Positions 54,309 to 63,679 of a stretch of DNA of 64,000 bases are shown here, piece after piece. Position 1 is the stretch's first letter. Each line of letters opens with the position of its first letter. A program made the translations under genes and the position numbers. The notes under the pieces are model-generated. The model saw only the letters and a list, made by a program, of their open reading frames with translations, was not told the DNA's origin and ran no database searches. This DNA comes from an uncultured Prolixibacteraceae bacterium. GTDB lineage: Bacteria > Bacteroidota > Bacteroidia > Bacteroidales > Prolixibacteraceae. The stretch spans positions 68,781-132,780 of the forward strand of contig CAZMMX010000003.1 in assembly GCA_964567485.1 (NCBI GenBank). Direction: 5' to 3'.

Positions 54309-56864
54309 TTATCCACATTTTGAAGATCCGCACGACATGCACACCAGGCATCCCTCCTGGTAGACCACTTCGTTGGAGCCGCACTCTCCGCAGTGGGCAT
54401 CTTCAGCGATGGTCCCGTTGGGGATATATTTCTTGAGGGCCCTGGCCACCCCTGCCTTCCATGAGTTGATGGTCTCATTGTCGAGCTGGAGGCTGGTCAC
54501 CAGTTCCACCACCTTGTGAATGGGCATTCCATGGCGGAGAACCCCGGAAATCAGCTTGGCATAATTCCAGTAGACGGGATTAAACTTGTAGGAGAGACCT
54601 TCGATGGTGGTCTTGTATCCCCGTTTGTTGATGTACTGGAAGTCATAGCGTGAGTTTTCCTCATCCTCCCAGTTCTTGATGATATACCCCTTGGTGACGG
54701 AGCGGGGCAGAAGAATGCCGTCTTCGTCATCGCTCAGACCGGTAAAGATCTCATAGGGCATATTCCCGATCAGACCGATAAAGGCCACCCAGTTCTCCTT
54801 GTTATTGCGGAACCTGACCACGTCGGCTTCCAGGATTTCCGGCCTTTTGGTGGGGAATCCCAAAGATCTCTTTTTTTCCTCCTTTTTATCGGAGATAAGC
54901 ACCCCTGACCGGGAACCGTCGCGGTACACGGTAACTCCCTTGCATCCGCTTTTCCAGGCTTCGAAGAAGAGTTTTCCGACCAGTTCTTCCGACACGTGGG
55001 AGGGCAGGTTGATGGTGACGCTGATGGAGTGGTCGACCCATTTCTGGATCCGCCCCTGCATGTGCACTTTGGCGACCCAGTCGACATCGTTGGAGGTCGC
55101 CTGATAATAAGGGGAGCTTTTCACCATCTCTTCGAGTTCTTCCTGGGAATATTTTTTATGGACGTCGAAACCGTTGACTTCCATCCAGGTTTTGAACTTG
55201 TGATGGAAGACGGTATATTCTTCCCAGTGGTCACCCACTTCGTCGACAAAGTCAACCCTGACATCCTTATCGTTGGGGTTAACCTTGCGGCGGCGGCGGT
55301 AAACAGGCATGAATACCGGTTCAATTCCCGAGGTGGTCTGCGTCATCAGGCTGGTGGTTCCCGTAGGGGCAATGGTCAGCAGGGCGATGTTGCGGCGGCC
55401 ATGCCGTGACATCTCCTCATACAATTCCGGGTCGGCCAGTTTCAGCCGGCGAATCAGTGGGTTGTTCTTTTCCCTGTCGGTATTGTATATGGCAAAGGCT
55501 CCCCTTTCGGCGGCCAGATGTACCGAAGAGCGGTAAGCTTCCAGGGTCACAGTCTTGTGCACCTCTTCCGAGAAGTCGGTGGCATCTTCAGTGCCGTACT
55601 TCAATCCCAGGGCAGCCAGCATATCTCCTTCCGCAGTAATGCCAATACCTGTTCGCCTTCCCTCTTCCGCCTTTTTCCTGATGTTAAACCAGAGATTGCG
55701 TTCCACCAGCTTGATTTCATCACCCTCGGGATCATTATCGATCTTTTCGAGTATGGCATCGATCTTCTCAAGTTCCAGGTCAATGATGTCGTCCATGATC
55801 CGCTGGGCCACATGAACATGTTCCCTGAAGAGGTTGAAATCGAAACGGGCGTCTGCCGTAAAAGGCTTTTCAACATATGAGTAGAGGTTGATGGCGATCA
55901 GGCGGCAGCTGTCATAAGGACACAGGGGGATTTCTCCGCACGGATTGGTGGAAACGGTGCGGTATCCCAGATCGGCATAGCAGTCGGGAATCGACTCCCT
56001 GATGATGGTATCCCAAAATAGAATGCCCGGTTCTGCCGACTTCCAGGCGTTGTGGACGATTTTCTTCCAGAGGTCGGTAGCGTTAATCTCCTGACTATAG
56101 AGCACGTTCTCCCCGCTGATGGGGTAATGCTGGACATACCTCTCTTCGTTCTCCACGGCACCCATGAAGTCATCGTGCAACTTCACCGAAACATTGGCTC
56201 CGGTGACCTTTCCCTGTTCCAGTTTGGCATCGATGAACTTTTCCGCATCGGGGTGTTTCACCGAAACCGACAACATAAGAGCCCCGCGGCGCCCATCCTG
56301 GGCCACCTCACGGGTCGAATTGGAATAACGCTCCATGAAAGGAACGATCCCCGTAGAGGTAAGCGCGGAATTTTTTACCGGAGAACCTTTGGGACGAATG
56401 TGGGAGAGATCATGCCCCACCCCGCCACGACGTTTCATCAACTGCACCTGCTCCTGGTCAATTTTCATGATGCCTCCATAGGAATCGGAATTTCCCTGGT
56501 TCCCGACGACAAAACAGTTCGATAAGGAGGCCACCTGAAAATTGTTGCCAATACCCGTCATGGGTCCCCCCTGGGGAACAATATACTTAAAGTCCTTCAG
56601 GGTATGGTAAATCTGCTTTGCCGAGAGCGGACGGGGATATTTCTGCTCAATGCGGGCAATTTCTCTGGCCAGCCGCCAGTGCATATCGTCGGGCGTTAAC
56701 TCGTAAATGTTGCCATACGAGTCTTTCAAAGCATACTTGTTGACCCAGACCCTGGCTGCCAGATCATCCCCCCTGAAATAACGAAGCGACGCCTGGATGG
56801 CTTCCTCTTGTGAAAAAATCTTCGTGGCCGCCGGGACCTCAACAACCTCTTCCTTTACTGACAT
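54309..56864 (-). CDS. nrdJ: adenosylcobalamin-dependent (class II) ribonucleotide reductase
   Basis: 851 aa from ATG 56864. It has the RNR core strings NPCGEIPL and TIAPTGT, and a C-terminal Cys-rich tail CGECGS...CLVCMSCG. The 20 codons upstream in the track ORF lie in a poly-A/T leader and are unlikely to be coding. Confidence 0.9.
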   Translation of the reverse strand: MSVKEEVVEVPAATKIFSQEEAIQASLRYFRGDDLAARVWVNKYALKDSYGNIYELTPDDMHWRLAREIARIEQKYPRPLSAKQIYHTLKDFKYIVPQGGPMTGIGNNFQVASLSNCFVVGNQGNSDSYGGIMKIDQEQVQLMKRRGGVGHDLSHIRPKGSPVKNSALTSTGIVPFMERYSNSTREVAQDGRRGALMLSVSVKHPDAEKFIDAKLEQGKVTGANVSVKLHDDFMGAVENEERYVQHYPISGENVLYSQEINATDLWKKIVHNAWKSAEPGILFWDTIIRESIPDCYADLGYRTVSTNPCGEIPLCPYDSCRLIAINLYSYVEKPFTADARFDFNLFREHVHVAQRIMDDIIDLELEKIDAILEKIDNDPEGDEIKLVERNLWFNIRKKAEEGRRTGIGITAEGDMLAALGLKYGTEDATDFSEEVHKTVTLEAYRSSVHLAAERGAFAIYNTDREKNNPLIRRLKLADPELYEEMSRHGRRNIALLTIAPTGTTSLMTQTTSGIEPVFMPVYRRRRKVNPNDKDVRVDFVDEVGDHWEEYTVFHHKFKTWMEVNGFDVHKKYSQEELEEMVKSSPYYQATSNDVDWVAKVHMQGRIQKWVDHSISVTINLPSHVSEELVGKLFFEAWKSGCKGVTVYRDGSRSGVLISDKKEEKKRSLGFPTKRPEILEADVVRFRNNKENWVAFIGLIGNMPYEIFTGLSDDEDGILLPRSVTKGYIIKNWEDEENSRYDFQYINKRGYKTTIEGLSYKFNPVYWNYAKLISGVLRHGMPIHKVVELVTSLQLDNETINSWKAGVARALKKYIPNGTIAEDAHCGECGSNEVVYQEGCLVCMSCGSSKCG

Positions 56865-56930
56865 GGCAAGTTTTTTAGTTTTTTTTTGTGATGCGATGGC
56901 GTTATGATTTTTTAATGTTCTCAATGTCTT

Positions 56931-56992
56931 AATGAAACGACCCTTTCAAGTGGTTCAGGTTTCGTTATGCAAGATAGAAACGGCGTTTCATT
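56931..56992 (-). other. candidate structured element in the nrdJ 5' leader
   Basis: The 9-nt arms AATGAAACG (56931..56939) and CGTTTCATT (56984..56992) are perfectly complementary. They enclose a GTTTC/GAAAC hairpin (56959..56963 with 56977..56981). This is a fold by eye only. Confidence 0.3.
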
Positions 56993-57072
56993 TTTAGAAT
57001 ACTTTTCATTTTAAAAAGTCAGAAAGTTATCAACTTTGTTATGTTAGTTGACTGTTTTTCAATTTATTATAG

Positions 57073-57090
57073 TTTTTTACCGGTAAAAAA
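57073..57090. repeat. perfect 18-bp palindrome TTTTTTACCGGTAAAAAA in the waaA-nrdJ spacer
   Basis: The sequence equals its own reverse complement. Function is unknown; it could be a weak hairpin or a dimeric protein-binding site. Confidence 0.6.
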
Positions 57091-57209
57091 GTTTACAAAA
57101 ATTGAATTTTACCATACACAATAAATTTGAAAAGAGCAAGTGCCGGCGAGGATTTTTCAGGGGTAAATATCCCGAATTTTCAACACGGGGAAAGGGGGAA
57201 AACGGAGGA

Positions 57210-58442
57210 TCAGGCGAAGGCCTTTTGGAGGATTTTCATGGTGGCCCCCCGGTTATTCTGAACATAATCCGACGCTGTTGCGCGTGTTTTGCCCATGATT
57301 TCGGGGGAGGACGTGAGCCGGGAAAGGTAGCCCATGAAGGATTCCGTGGTGGTGACAGGAAATGCTGCCCGCAGTTCCTCGAGTTGAACGGCTTCCCTGA
57401 ACTTGTGATAATTGGGGCCGAAAAAGAGGGGGAGTCCGAAAGTCGCCGCTTCCAGAATGTTGTGGATGCCCACGCCAAAACCGCCACCGATATAAGCAAT
57501 GGTTCCATACCGGTATACCGAGGAGAGCAACCCCACCGAGTCGATAATCAGGACTTCATGGCTGGCCACATTTTCTTCGGTAGCCTGGCTGTAAAGAAGA
57601 GGCGGGGTTTTCAACATTCGTGAGAGTCTGTTAACATTGGCGGGGGTCACCTCATGGGGGGCGATGATAAACTTCCACCCCCGCGAGGCCTCAATGAATG
57701 GCACAAGCAGCTCTTCATCAGGTTTCCATGTACTTCCAGCCACCAGGAGTTGTTTACCTGCCGAAAACTTTTCAACAAGTGGCAGAGGTTGTGAACTATT
57801 TGCGATGGCCGCCACCCTGTCGAAGCGGGTATCTCCTGAAACTGTGCATTGGTCGATGCCGGCATTTCTGAGCAGGAGAGCCGAAGGTTCATCCTGTACA
57901 AAGAGATGGGTGAAATTCTGCAGAAATCCCAGGTACCACTGGCTCCAGGGCATATCGGTAAAAAAAGGCTGGCTCTTCCGGAAGATCCCTGAAACCAGGT
58001 AAACGGGGAGATTCTCCTGGCGCAGGGTATGAAGATAGTGGTACCAGAACTCATACTTGATGAAAAAGATGACCGAGGGCTGCAACAGGGAGATAAAAGT
58101 GCGGGCATTCCGCCGGGTGTCAAAAGGGAGATAGGCCACAATGTCGGCCAGAGGGTAATTTTTCCGGATTTCATATCCCGAAGGGGAAAAGAAGGTCAGG
58201 GCGATCCTGAACCCGGGATGTTCTTTCCTGAGAGCTTCGATCAGGGGGCGTCCCTGTTCGAACTCTCCCAATGAGGCACAGTGTATCCAAACATATTTTT
58301 CGCCGGGGCTCCTCTTTTTCCGGAGACTCTCCTGCCAATTGGCCCTCCCCAGCATCATCAGCCGGGCTTTGGAATGAAAGGGGGAAACCACCCTTATGGC
58401 CAGATGGTAAAAAAAGAGGGCGAAATCATACAGGAATCTCAT
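57210..58442 (-). CDS. waaA: 3-deoxy-D-manno-octulosonic acid (Kdo) transferase
   Basis: 410-aa ORF with WIHCASLGEFEQGRPLIEAL, a glycosyltransferase-N domain, and GGSF-type C-terminal strings (YIGGGFG.GIHNILEAA.FG.P). Confidence 0.9.
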   Translation of the reverse strand: MRFLYDFALFFYHLAIRVVSPFHSKARLMMLGRANWQESLRKKRSPGEKYVWIHCASLGEFEQGRPLIEALRKEHPGFRIALTFFSPSGYEIRKNYPLADIVAYLPFDTRRNARTFISLLQPSVIFFIKYEFWYHYLHTLRQENLPVYLVSGIFRKSQPFFTDMPWSQWYLGFLQNFTHLFVQDEPSALLLRNAGIDQCTVSGDTRFDRVAAIANSSQPLPLVEKFSAGKQLLVAGSTWKPDEELLVPFIEASRGWKFIIAPHEVTPANVNRLSRMLKTPPLLYSQATEENVASHEVLIIDSVGLLSSVYRYGTIAYIGGGFGVGIHNILEAATFGLPLFFGPNYHKFREAVQLEELRAAFPVTTTESFMGYLSRLTSSPEIMGKTRATASDYVQNNRGATMKILQKAFA

Positions 58443-58543
58443 AGCTGGTCAATTTTGGTACAAAATAAGAAAGAATAATGCAATTGGATGCTGCAAAAAG
58501 GTCATGGTTTCGCCCTATCAGGGAGAATCCTTCGGGTATTGAT

Positions 58544-58551
58544 TATCTTTG
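58544..58551 (+). promoter_or_regulatory. -7 promoter box TATCTTTG upstream of the U32 gene
   Basis: Exact TAnnTTTG match 24 nt upstream of ATG 58575. Confidence 0.4.
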
Positions 58552-58574
58552 CGGCTCATCATTAGGGCAGGTCA

Positions 58575-59837
58575 ATGGAGAGAGATATTGAGATCATGGC
58601 TCCTGTGGGGTCTTATGAGTCGCTGATGGCGGCCCTTCAGGGAGGGGCCGGTTCGGTATATTTCGGGGTGGAACACCTGAACATGAGGGCGCGTTCCGCC
58701 AGCAACTTCACCCTTGCCGATATGGCCCGTATCGCTTCCACGGCCACGGCCCACGGGGCCAGGAGTTATCTGACCATGAACACCGTGGTATTTGACAATG
58801 AGACCGTTATGGTACGTCAAATCCTGACTGCGGCCAAAGAAGCCGGCGTCACGGCAGTCATTGCCGCCGACATGGCCGTGATTATGATCGCCAGGGAGGT
58901 CGGCCTTGAGGTACACATGTCAACCCAGGTCAACATCACCAACTTCGAGGCGGTCAGGTTTTACGCCCAGTTTGCCGATGTTATGGTGTTGGCGCGGGAG
59001 ACCAACCTGGGCAGGGTTCATGAGATATCTGACAAAATCAGGGAACAGGGCTTAACGGGGCCATCGGGCCGCCCGGTGCGCCTCGAGATGTTCGTCCACG
59101 GAGCCCTCTGTATGGCCGTGAGTGGAAAATGTTACCTCAGTCTCCATGAAATGAACTCCTCAGCCAACCGGGGGAACTGCCTGCAGACCTGCCGGAGGGG
59201 TTACCTGGTGGCCGATATGGAGACCGGTGCCCAACTGGCCGTGGAAAACGAATATATCATGTCGCCCAAAGACCTGAAGACCATCCACTTCCTCAATAAA
59301 ATTCTGGATGCGGGGGTTTCCGTGCTGAAGATTGAAGGGCGCGCCCGGGCCCCTGAATATGTGAAGACCGTCACAGAGTGTTACCGCGAAGCCGTGGAAG
59401 CCTGGGAAAGCGGCACCTTCAGCGATGAAAAAATCAGCCATTGGGATGCCCGCCTGGCCACGGTTTTCAACAGGGGTTTCTGGAATGGTTACTACCTGGG
59501 CCAAAGACTCGGAGAGTGGAGCCATAACTATGGAAGCCAGGCCACCCGCAGGAAGTTATACCTGGGAAAGGCCACCAACTACTTCCCCAAAATAGGGGTG
59601 GCGGAGTTCCGGCTCGAAACAGGCCCCCTCACCGAAGGCGATGAAATCCTGATAACCGGTCCCACCACCGGCGTGGTGGAAATTACCGCCAACGACATCC
59701 GCACGGCCACGGAACCGGTCGCCCAGGCCCCCCGGGGCAGTTACGTCTCGGTGGCCGTACCCGCCAAAATCAGGAAAAATGATAAATTATTCAGGTACAT
59801 AGATGCTAAATCGACCGAGCCAAACGTTCATACCTAA
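58575..59837 (+). CDS. peptidase U32 family protein (Fe-S hydroxylase-type)
   Basis: 420-aa ORF with EIMAPVGSYESLMAALQGGAGSVYFG and the four-Cys string CMAVSGKC-x15-CLQTC (Cys179/186/202/206). Confidence 0.88.
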   Translation: MERDIEIMAPVGSYESLMAALQGGAGSVYFGVEHLNMRARSASNFTLADMARIASTATAHGARSYLTMNTVVFDNETVMVRQILTAAKEAGVTAVIAADMAVIMIAREVGLEVHMSTQVNITNFEAVRFYAQFADVMVLARETNLGRVHEISDKIREQGLTGPSGRPVRLEMFVHGALCMAVSGKCYLSLHEMNSSANRGNCLQTCRRGYLVADMETGAQLAVENEYIMSPKDLKTIHFLNKILDAGVSVLKIEGRARAPEYVKTVTECYREAVEAWESGTFSDEKISHWDARLATVFNRGFWNGYYLGQRLGEWSHNYGSQATRRKLYLGKATNYFPKIGVAEFRLETGPLTEGDEILITGPTTGVVEITANDIRTATEPVAQAPRGSYVSVAVPAKIRKNDKLFRYIDAKSTEPNVHT

Positions 59838-59885
59838 AATTTTCATACCTTTCTGCCTGCCTTCAGGCGACATAAAAAGTCCATT

Positions 59886-60899
59886 ATGAAAAGAATACTG
59901 ACCACCGGCACCGTGATGGTTTTACTGCTGGCCCTGCCCTTGATGATGCAAGGCCAGAATACCCTGAAACTGAGGATCAGCGGCAATTCCACACGGTTTA
60001 TGAACGAACCCCAGGGCGATGAGATCCCTCATCCCGACATTGACAATCTCCTTATAGGAGGAACCAGTACCGTCACCCAATTCACCCATAAGAGGGAGCT
60101 GGGGTTTGAGGCGGAACTGATGATGTCGCTTTCCGAAAAGGTATATGTGGGGTTTGAAGTGGGACAGGACCATTTTTCGGGAGACAATGATACCCCGGGA
60201 CTTTACAATTTTCAGTTTACGGACCAGTTGCAACTTTTCGAGAAAGTTGAAGATATGGACCAGACGGTGATAAACTACCTGTTGACGCAGGCTCCATTGC
60301 GATACAACACCAATATGCTCAACTTTATCGGGAACTTACGGGTATACCCAGCTCCTGGCGGACGGTTCAGACCCTTTATCAAGGTCAGTGGCGGGATGTC
60401 GCTGATTGCCACTGAACTTTCCCTGAAAGTCCCCCCCCAGGTTCCTGGAACTTTGGAGGAAGAAACACCTCCTTTCCCCATGGTTCTCTTTTCCCGGGGA
60501 ACCAGTGGATCTCCCAAGGGGCGGGAAGCGGCATTGGTGCTGGGGGCCGGTATAGGCTTTGAATTACAGGTGACCGACCGCATTGCCCTTTATGCCGACG
60601 GCTCCTACCGCCTGGTCAACTCCAATATCCTCGATGGAAAACCCAATTTCGACTGGAAAGATAACCCGGAATGGAATGAGGAAAACCCTGACTTTGATCC
60701 CAATTACGAGTGGACTTACGGCACAGAAGATCTCCGGGGAAAACTGGAGCCTTTCACCACCCGCACCCAAATCGGGAAGATCACCTTTGGGGTGGTGTAT
60801 ACCCTGAAGGAAGGTTACGGCAAATCGAGCCGCCAAATCGGAGGCAACGTCAGTAAAGGCTCCCCCTACCTCCCCTTCTTCAAACTGAAAAGATTATAA
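59886..60899 (+). CDS. predicted outer-membrane beta-barrel protein
   Basis: 337-aa ORF with signal peptide MKRILTTGTVMVLLLALPLMMQG. Alternating-hydrophobic strands include LGFEAELMMSL, VYVGFEVG, FIGNLRVYP, LVLGAGIGFELQV, ALYADGSYRLV and ITFGVVYTL. I recognise no named family. Confidence 0.6.
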   Translation: MKRILTTGTVMVLLLALPLMMQGQNTLKLRISGNSTRFMNEPQGDEIPHPDIDNLLIGGTSTVTQFTHKRELGFEAELMMSLSEKVYVGFEVGQDHFSGDNDTPGLYNFQFTDQLQLFEKVEDMDQTVINYLLTQAPLRYNTNMLNFIGNLRVYPAPGGRFRPFIKVSGGMSLIATELSLKVPPQVPGTLEEETPPFPMVLFSRGTSGSPKGREAALVLGAGIGFELQVTDRIALYADGSYRLVNSNILDGKPNFDWKDNPEWNEENPDFDPNYEWTYGTEDLRGKLEPFTTRTQIGKITFGVVYTLKEGYGKSSRQIGGNVSKGSPYLPFFKLKRL

Positions 60900-60921
60900 C
60901 CATTTCCCTTACCAGCGATTC

Positions 60922-61686
60922 CTACGGGTTACGAGAATGGCCTGAACCTGCGGCCTCCCGGGCATAGGCTTCGGCGATGGCGGCATAGGAAGTGCACTGT
61001 GCCGGTCTCATCAGTCTGGTGTGGAAGTTCCTCTCTCCCATCTGCTTCAGGATATAATCCTCACTATTCATGAATCCACAGTTATAAGCGGTGGCATAAA
61101 AAGGAATTTTAACGGCATTTTCCTGTTGACTTAAATGAGGAAACCTCCGGTCGATAATGGTGATGAGCGCCACAACATAAAGAAACTGGGTGCGGGGATC
61201 CTCCAAATCGCGGAGGATGGCCGTTCTTAAGGTGTGATCTGATGTTCCCCGGTGAAGATGGCGCAGTTGACGTTCCAGTTTCCGGGGTCTCCCATAACGA
61301 AGCTCCCTGAGGATATCTTCGGCACAGGAGGGCTTCATCTGGAACCGGCCCACCGAAAAATCGGCATATTCCCGGCCATAATGGGCATAGAGGGTCTTTA
61401 GCAGGGTAAGCTCCATCCTGTCACGCAGGGCGTCATAGCGTACCAGTTCGGGGAAAACGACCGCCACTGCCAGGGCGGGATCTACACCGGCTTCCCGGGC
61501 CAACGAGGCCATCCAGTTGCTGTTCTCAGCCACAAAGGAACGGGCATTCTCCCAGCTTTTACCGTAATAAACAGCGAAATCCCTCTCCTTTCCCGGAACC
61601 TGACTTCCGGCATGACCGGCAACCAGCCAAAACCATGGCAGAAAAAGGAAAACCAATGGCCAGAATACCCGTTTCCCGACTTTCAT
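60922..61686 (-). CDS. hypothetical exported protein with lysozyme/SLT-like short motifs
   Basis: 254-aa ORF with an N-terminal hydrophobic signal. The ordered strings VVFPE, FSVGRFQMKPS and ATAYNCGF faintly recall the E...GLMQ...AYNxG motifs of lytic transglycosylases. Confidence 0.6.
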   Translation of the reverse strand: MKVGKRVFWPLVFLFLPWFWLVAGHAGSQVPGKERDFAVYYGKSWENARSFVAENSNWMASLAREAGVDPALAVAVVFPELVRYDALRDRMELTLLKTLYAHYGREYADFSVGRFQMKPSCAEDILRELRYGRPRKLERQLRHLHRGTSDHTLRTAILRDLEDPRTQFLYVVALITIIDRRFPHLSQQENAVKIPFYATAYNCGFMNSEDYILKQMGERNFHTRLMRPAQCTSYAAIAEAYAREAAGSGHSRNP

Positions 61687-61696
61687 GAATGAAAGG

Positions 61697-62773
61697 TCAG
61701 AAAGGATGCGATGAGCTCATGATCGCATTTTTCGCAGAAGAAAAATAGAAAAACCCGATCACCGGCTTTCCGTCCACCACATCCCTGAAAGGGGAAAAGA
61801 CCTCACTGCACTCTCTGCCGTCACCGAATTTGAGCCGACCATTGTCATATGAGGCATATTGTTTATTGTCATCAGAGATCCAGAAGTTGTAGATATCATA
61901 AAAGCTGGTGAGGTTGGCCAGTTCGAAGAGTTTTCGGCCTGCCAAATCGATCACTGCATTGGGGGTCACCCATACGATTTCCCCCCTCTTGACCGTTGAG
62001 GAGAGCTCCCCTCCGATGGGGATCTCTTCCCGGGCTCCTGCCATGTTGGTCACCAGCCGGGGCATCATGTCAAGGCTGGAAATTTCCTGGGCTTCCTTTG
62101 CTATTTCCGCCTGGTGCGCCATGGCAATCTGCATCCTCTCCTGGTCTGTTTTGGCATTTTCCAACTTTTTGGAGATCTCTTCCATTCCGGAATCTCCGTT
62201 ATAGGAATCCTTCACTACCATGGCAGCGAACCCGGTGCGGGAGTCATTGATCACAAAGTTGTGGATACCTGCAAAAGGGCCGTAGCTCTTTCCGCCGAAG
62301 GTCAGGGTGAACTTGTCGCCTTTTCGGCTGATGACCTCAGGGAACTGTGCCAGCAACTCATCTTCACTCCATCCTCCGCCTGAGGGAAGGGCACCAAAGT
62401 TTTTCACGGCAGGGTGGTCGCCTTGGTAAGGTCCTTCAGAGGCCCCGCTGCCACTCTTTTTGATGTAATACTTCCCCTGAAGTTTATCGTAAAGAAGAAT
62501 GTTTCCGTCGTTGATCTGCACCGTGACCTCATTGGCCGCCAGTTTGATATTCTTGCCAAATTCAAAAACCACCTGGTCAGATTCGCTGGCACAGGAAGAT
62601 TCTTTACCTGCAGCAGCGGAAGATCCCTGGTCCTCCTCCCCTTCTATACCCAGGGCTTTTTCCACAATCCTGCTTTTCACCTTGTTCATCAGTCCTCCCA
62701 ACTGGGCATGACAGGTCGCGCCCGACCCCATCAAAAACAGGGTAAGGGTCATAAATACAGCTGTTTTCTTCAT
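61697..62773 (-). CDS. hypothetical secreted protein
   Basis: 358-aa ORF with signal peptide MKKTAVFMTLTLFLMGSGATCHA. Beta-rich halves are separated by a helical segment EEISKKLENAKTDQERMQIAMAHQAEIAKEAQE. I recognise no family. Confidence 0.65.
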   Translation of the reverse strand: MKKTAVFMTLTLFLMGSGATCHAQLGGLMNKVKSRIVEKALGIEGEEDQGSSAAAGKESSCASESDQVVFEFGKNIKLAANEVTVQINDGNILLYDKLQGKYYIKKSGSGASEGPYQGDHPAVKNFGALPSGGGWSEDELLAQFPEVISRKGDKFTLTFGGKSYGPFAGIHNFVINDSRTGFAAMVVKDSYNGDSGMEEISKKLENAKTDQERMQIAMAHQAEIAKEAQEISSLDMMPRLVTNMAGAREEIPIGGELSSTVKRGEIVWVTPNAVIDLAGRKLFELANLTSFYDIYNFWISDDNKQYASYDNGRLKFGDGRECSEVFSPFRDVVDGKPVIGFFYFSSAKNAIMSSSHPF

Positions 62774-62825
62774 TTCGGTATATTTAGAAATTCAACCAGC
62801 AATGTTAATGTGGGCTGTGGAAATA

Positions 62826-63458
62826 TCAGTTGAAAACGATGTCCCCGGGAATTTCAAACCTGTCGGCAGGAATGTCGGCATTTTCAGTCACGCTAACGGC
62901 TTCCATCACCATTTTTGAGGTGGCCATTTCCAGTTCCATTTTCAGGGGAATTCCCTTCCATACCCAGTATTCACCCTTCATGTTGTATTCCTTATTATCG
63001 ACGGAATAACGGGTACACTCCTTCCCCAGGAAGGTCTCCCTGCCCTCTTCCTTCAGGTTCCACTGCCGGGTGACTTCGTCGGTCAGCTGGCGGAAGTTGA
63101 GCTGGCTGGATCCCTGCATGGCAGGAGCCTTGAACCCGGTCTTGTTCTCAGGATCAAAATTAACGGTCTGGCCATCTATGGTCACACTCACGTTCCGTGT
63201 CTTGTTCCCCATGACCTCCATAGAAGTTTCCGTGGCTTCTTTCTGGCCGTGATCGTCAAAATAGAGTATCTGGCTGGCCTCAAAGCCCATCATGTCGGAT
63301 TTATACTCCACAATGGCCGATTTCAGCTCATACTTGCCTGTCAACGCAGCCTTGTCACCCGATGAGACTGCTTCTCCCTCCTGGGTGGGAGGAGCAGGTT
63401 TACGGTTGCAGGAAAAGAGCATCAGCGAGAAAATGGTTAAAATCAGAGTAGTTCTCAT
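62826..63458 (-). CDS. hypothetical lipoprotein (LolA-like / DUF4412-like, tentative)
   Basis: 210-aa ORF with lipobox LMLFSC. It has a beta-rich body and a C-terminal string GEYWVWKGIPLKMEL...ADRFEIPGD that resembles DUF4412-type lipoproteins as I recall them. Confidence 0.7.
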   Translation of the reverse strand: MRTTLILTIFSLMLFSCNRKPAPPTQEGEAVSSGDKAALTGKYELKSAIVEYKSDMMGFEASQILYFDDHGQKEATETSMEVMGNKTRNVSVTIDGQTVNFDPENKTGFKAPAMQGSSQLNFRQLTDEVTRQWNLKEEGRETFLGKECTRYSVDNKEYNMKGEYWVWKGIPLKMELEMATSKMVMEAVSVTENADIPADRFEIPGDIVFN

Positions 63459-63679
63459 TGGTTCAATTTTTTAATAGAAATACTATGTAAAGTTAGTGAA
63501 TTACCTCACTCGTTCAACTCTCTTATCAGCCGGAAAAAAGCGAACCTGGGAAACTCCCCAAAAACCGCCATATCCGCAGGATTCCAGCCCTGGTCACGAT
63601 CCGGGAAACGCCGGGAACGCTCCCGTGAATTCGGCAGCGATGAAGAGCGGCGGAGGCAACGAGGTGTGCCGGCAGACGG

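Noticed and set aside
56865-57209. Cobalamin riboswitch upstream of nrdJ.
   Set aside because: The leader is AT-rich and I could not find a B12-box-like GCCACTG core. B12 riboswitches also normally control B12-independent isozymes, not nrdJ. The region is kept as an unexplained structured leader instead.
63459-63679. ORFs 63496..63693 and 63666..63995 in and around the spacer between the OmpA-like gene and the lipoprotein gene.
   Set aside because: The first is Pro/Gly/Ser-rich with no motif. The second is antisense to the well-supported OmpA_C domain.
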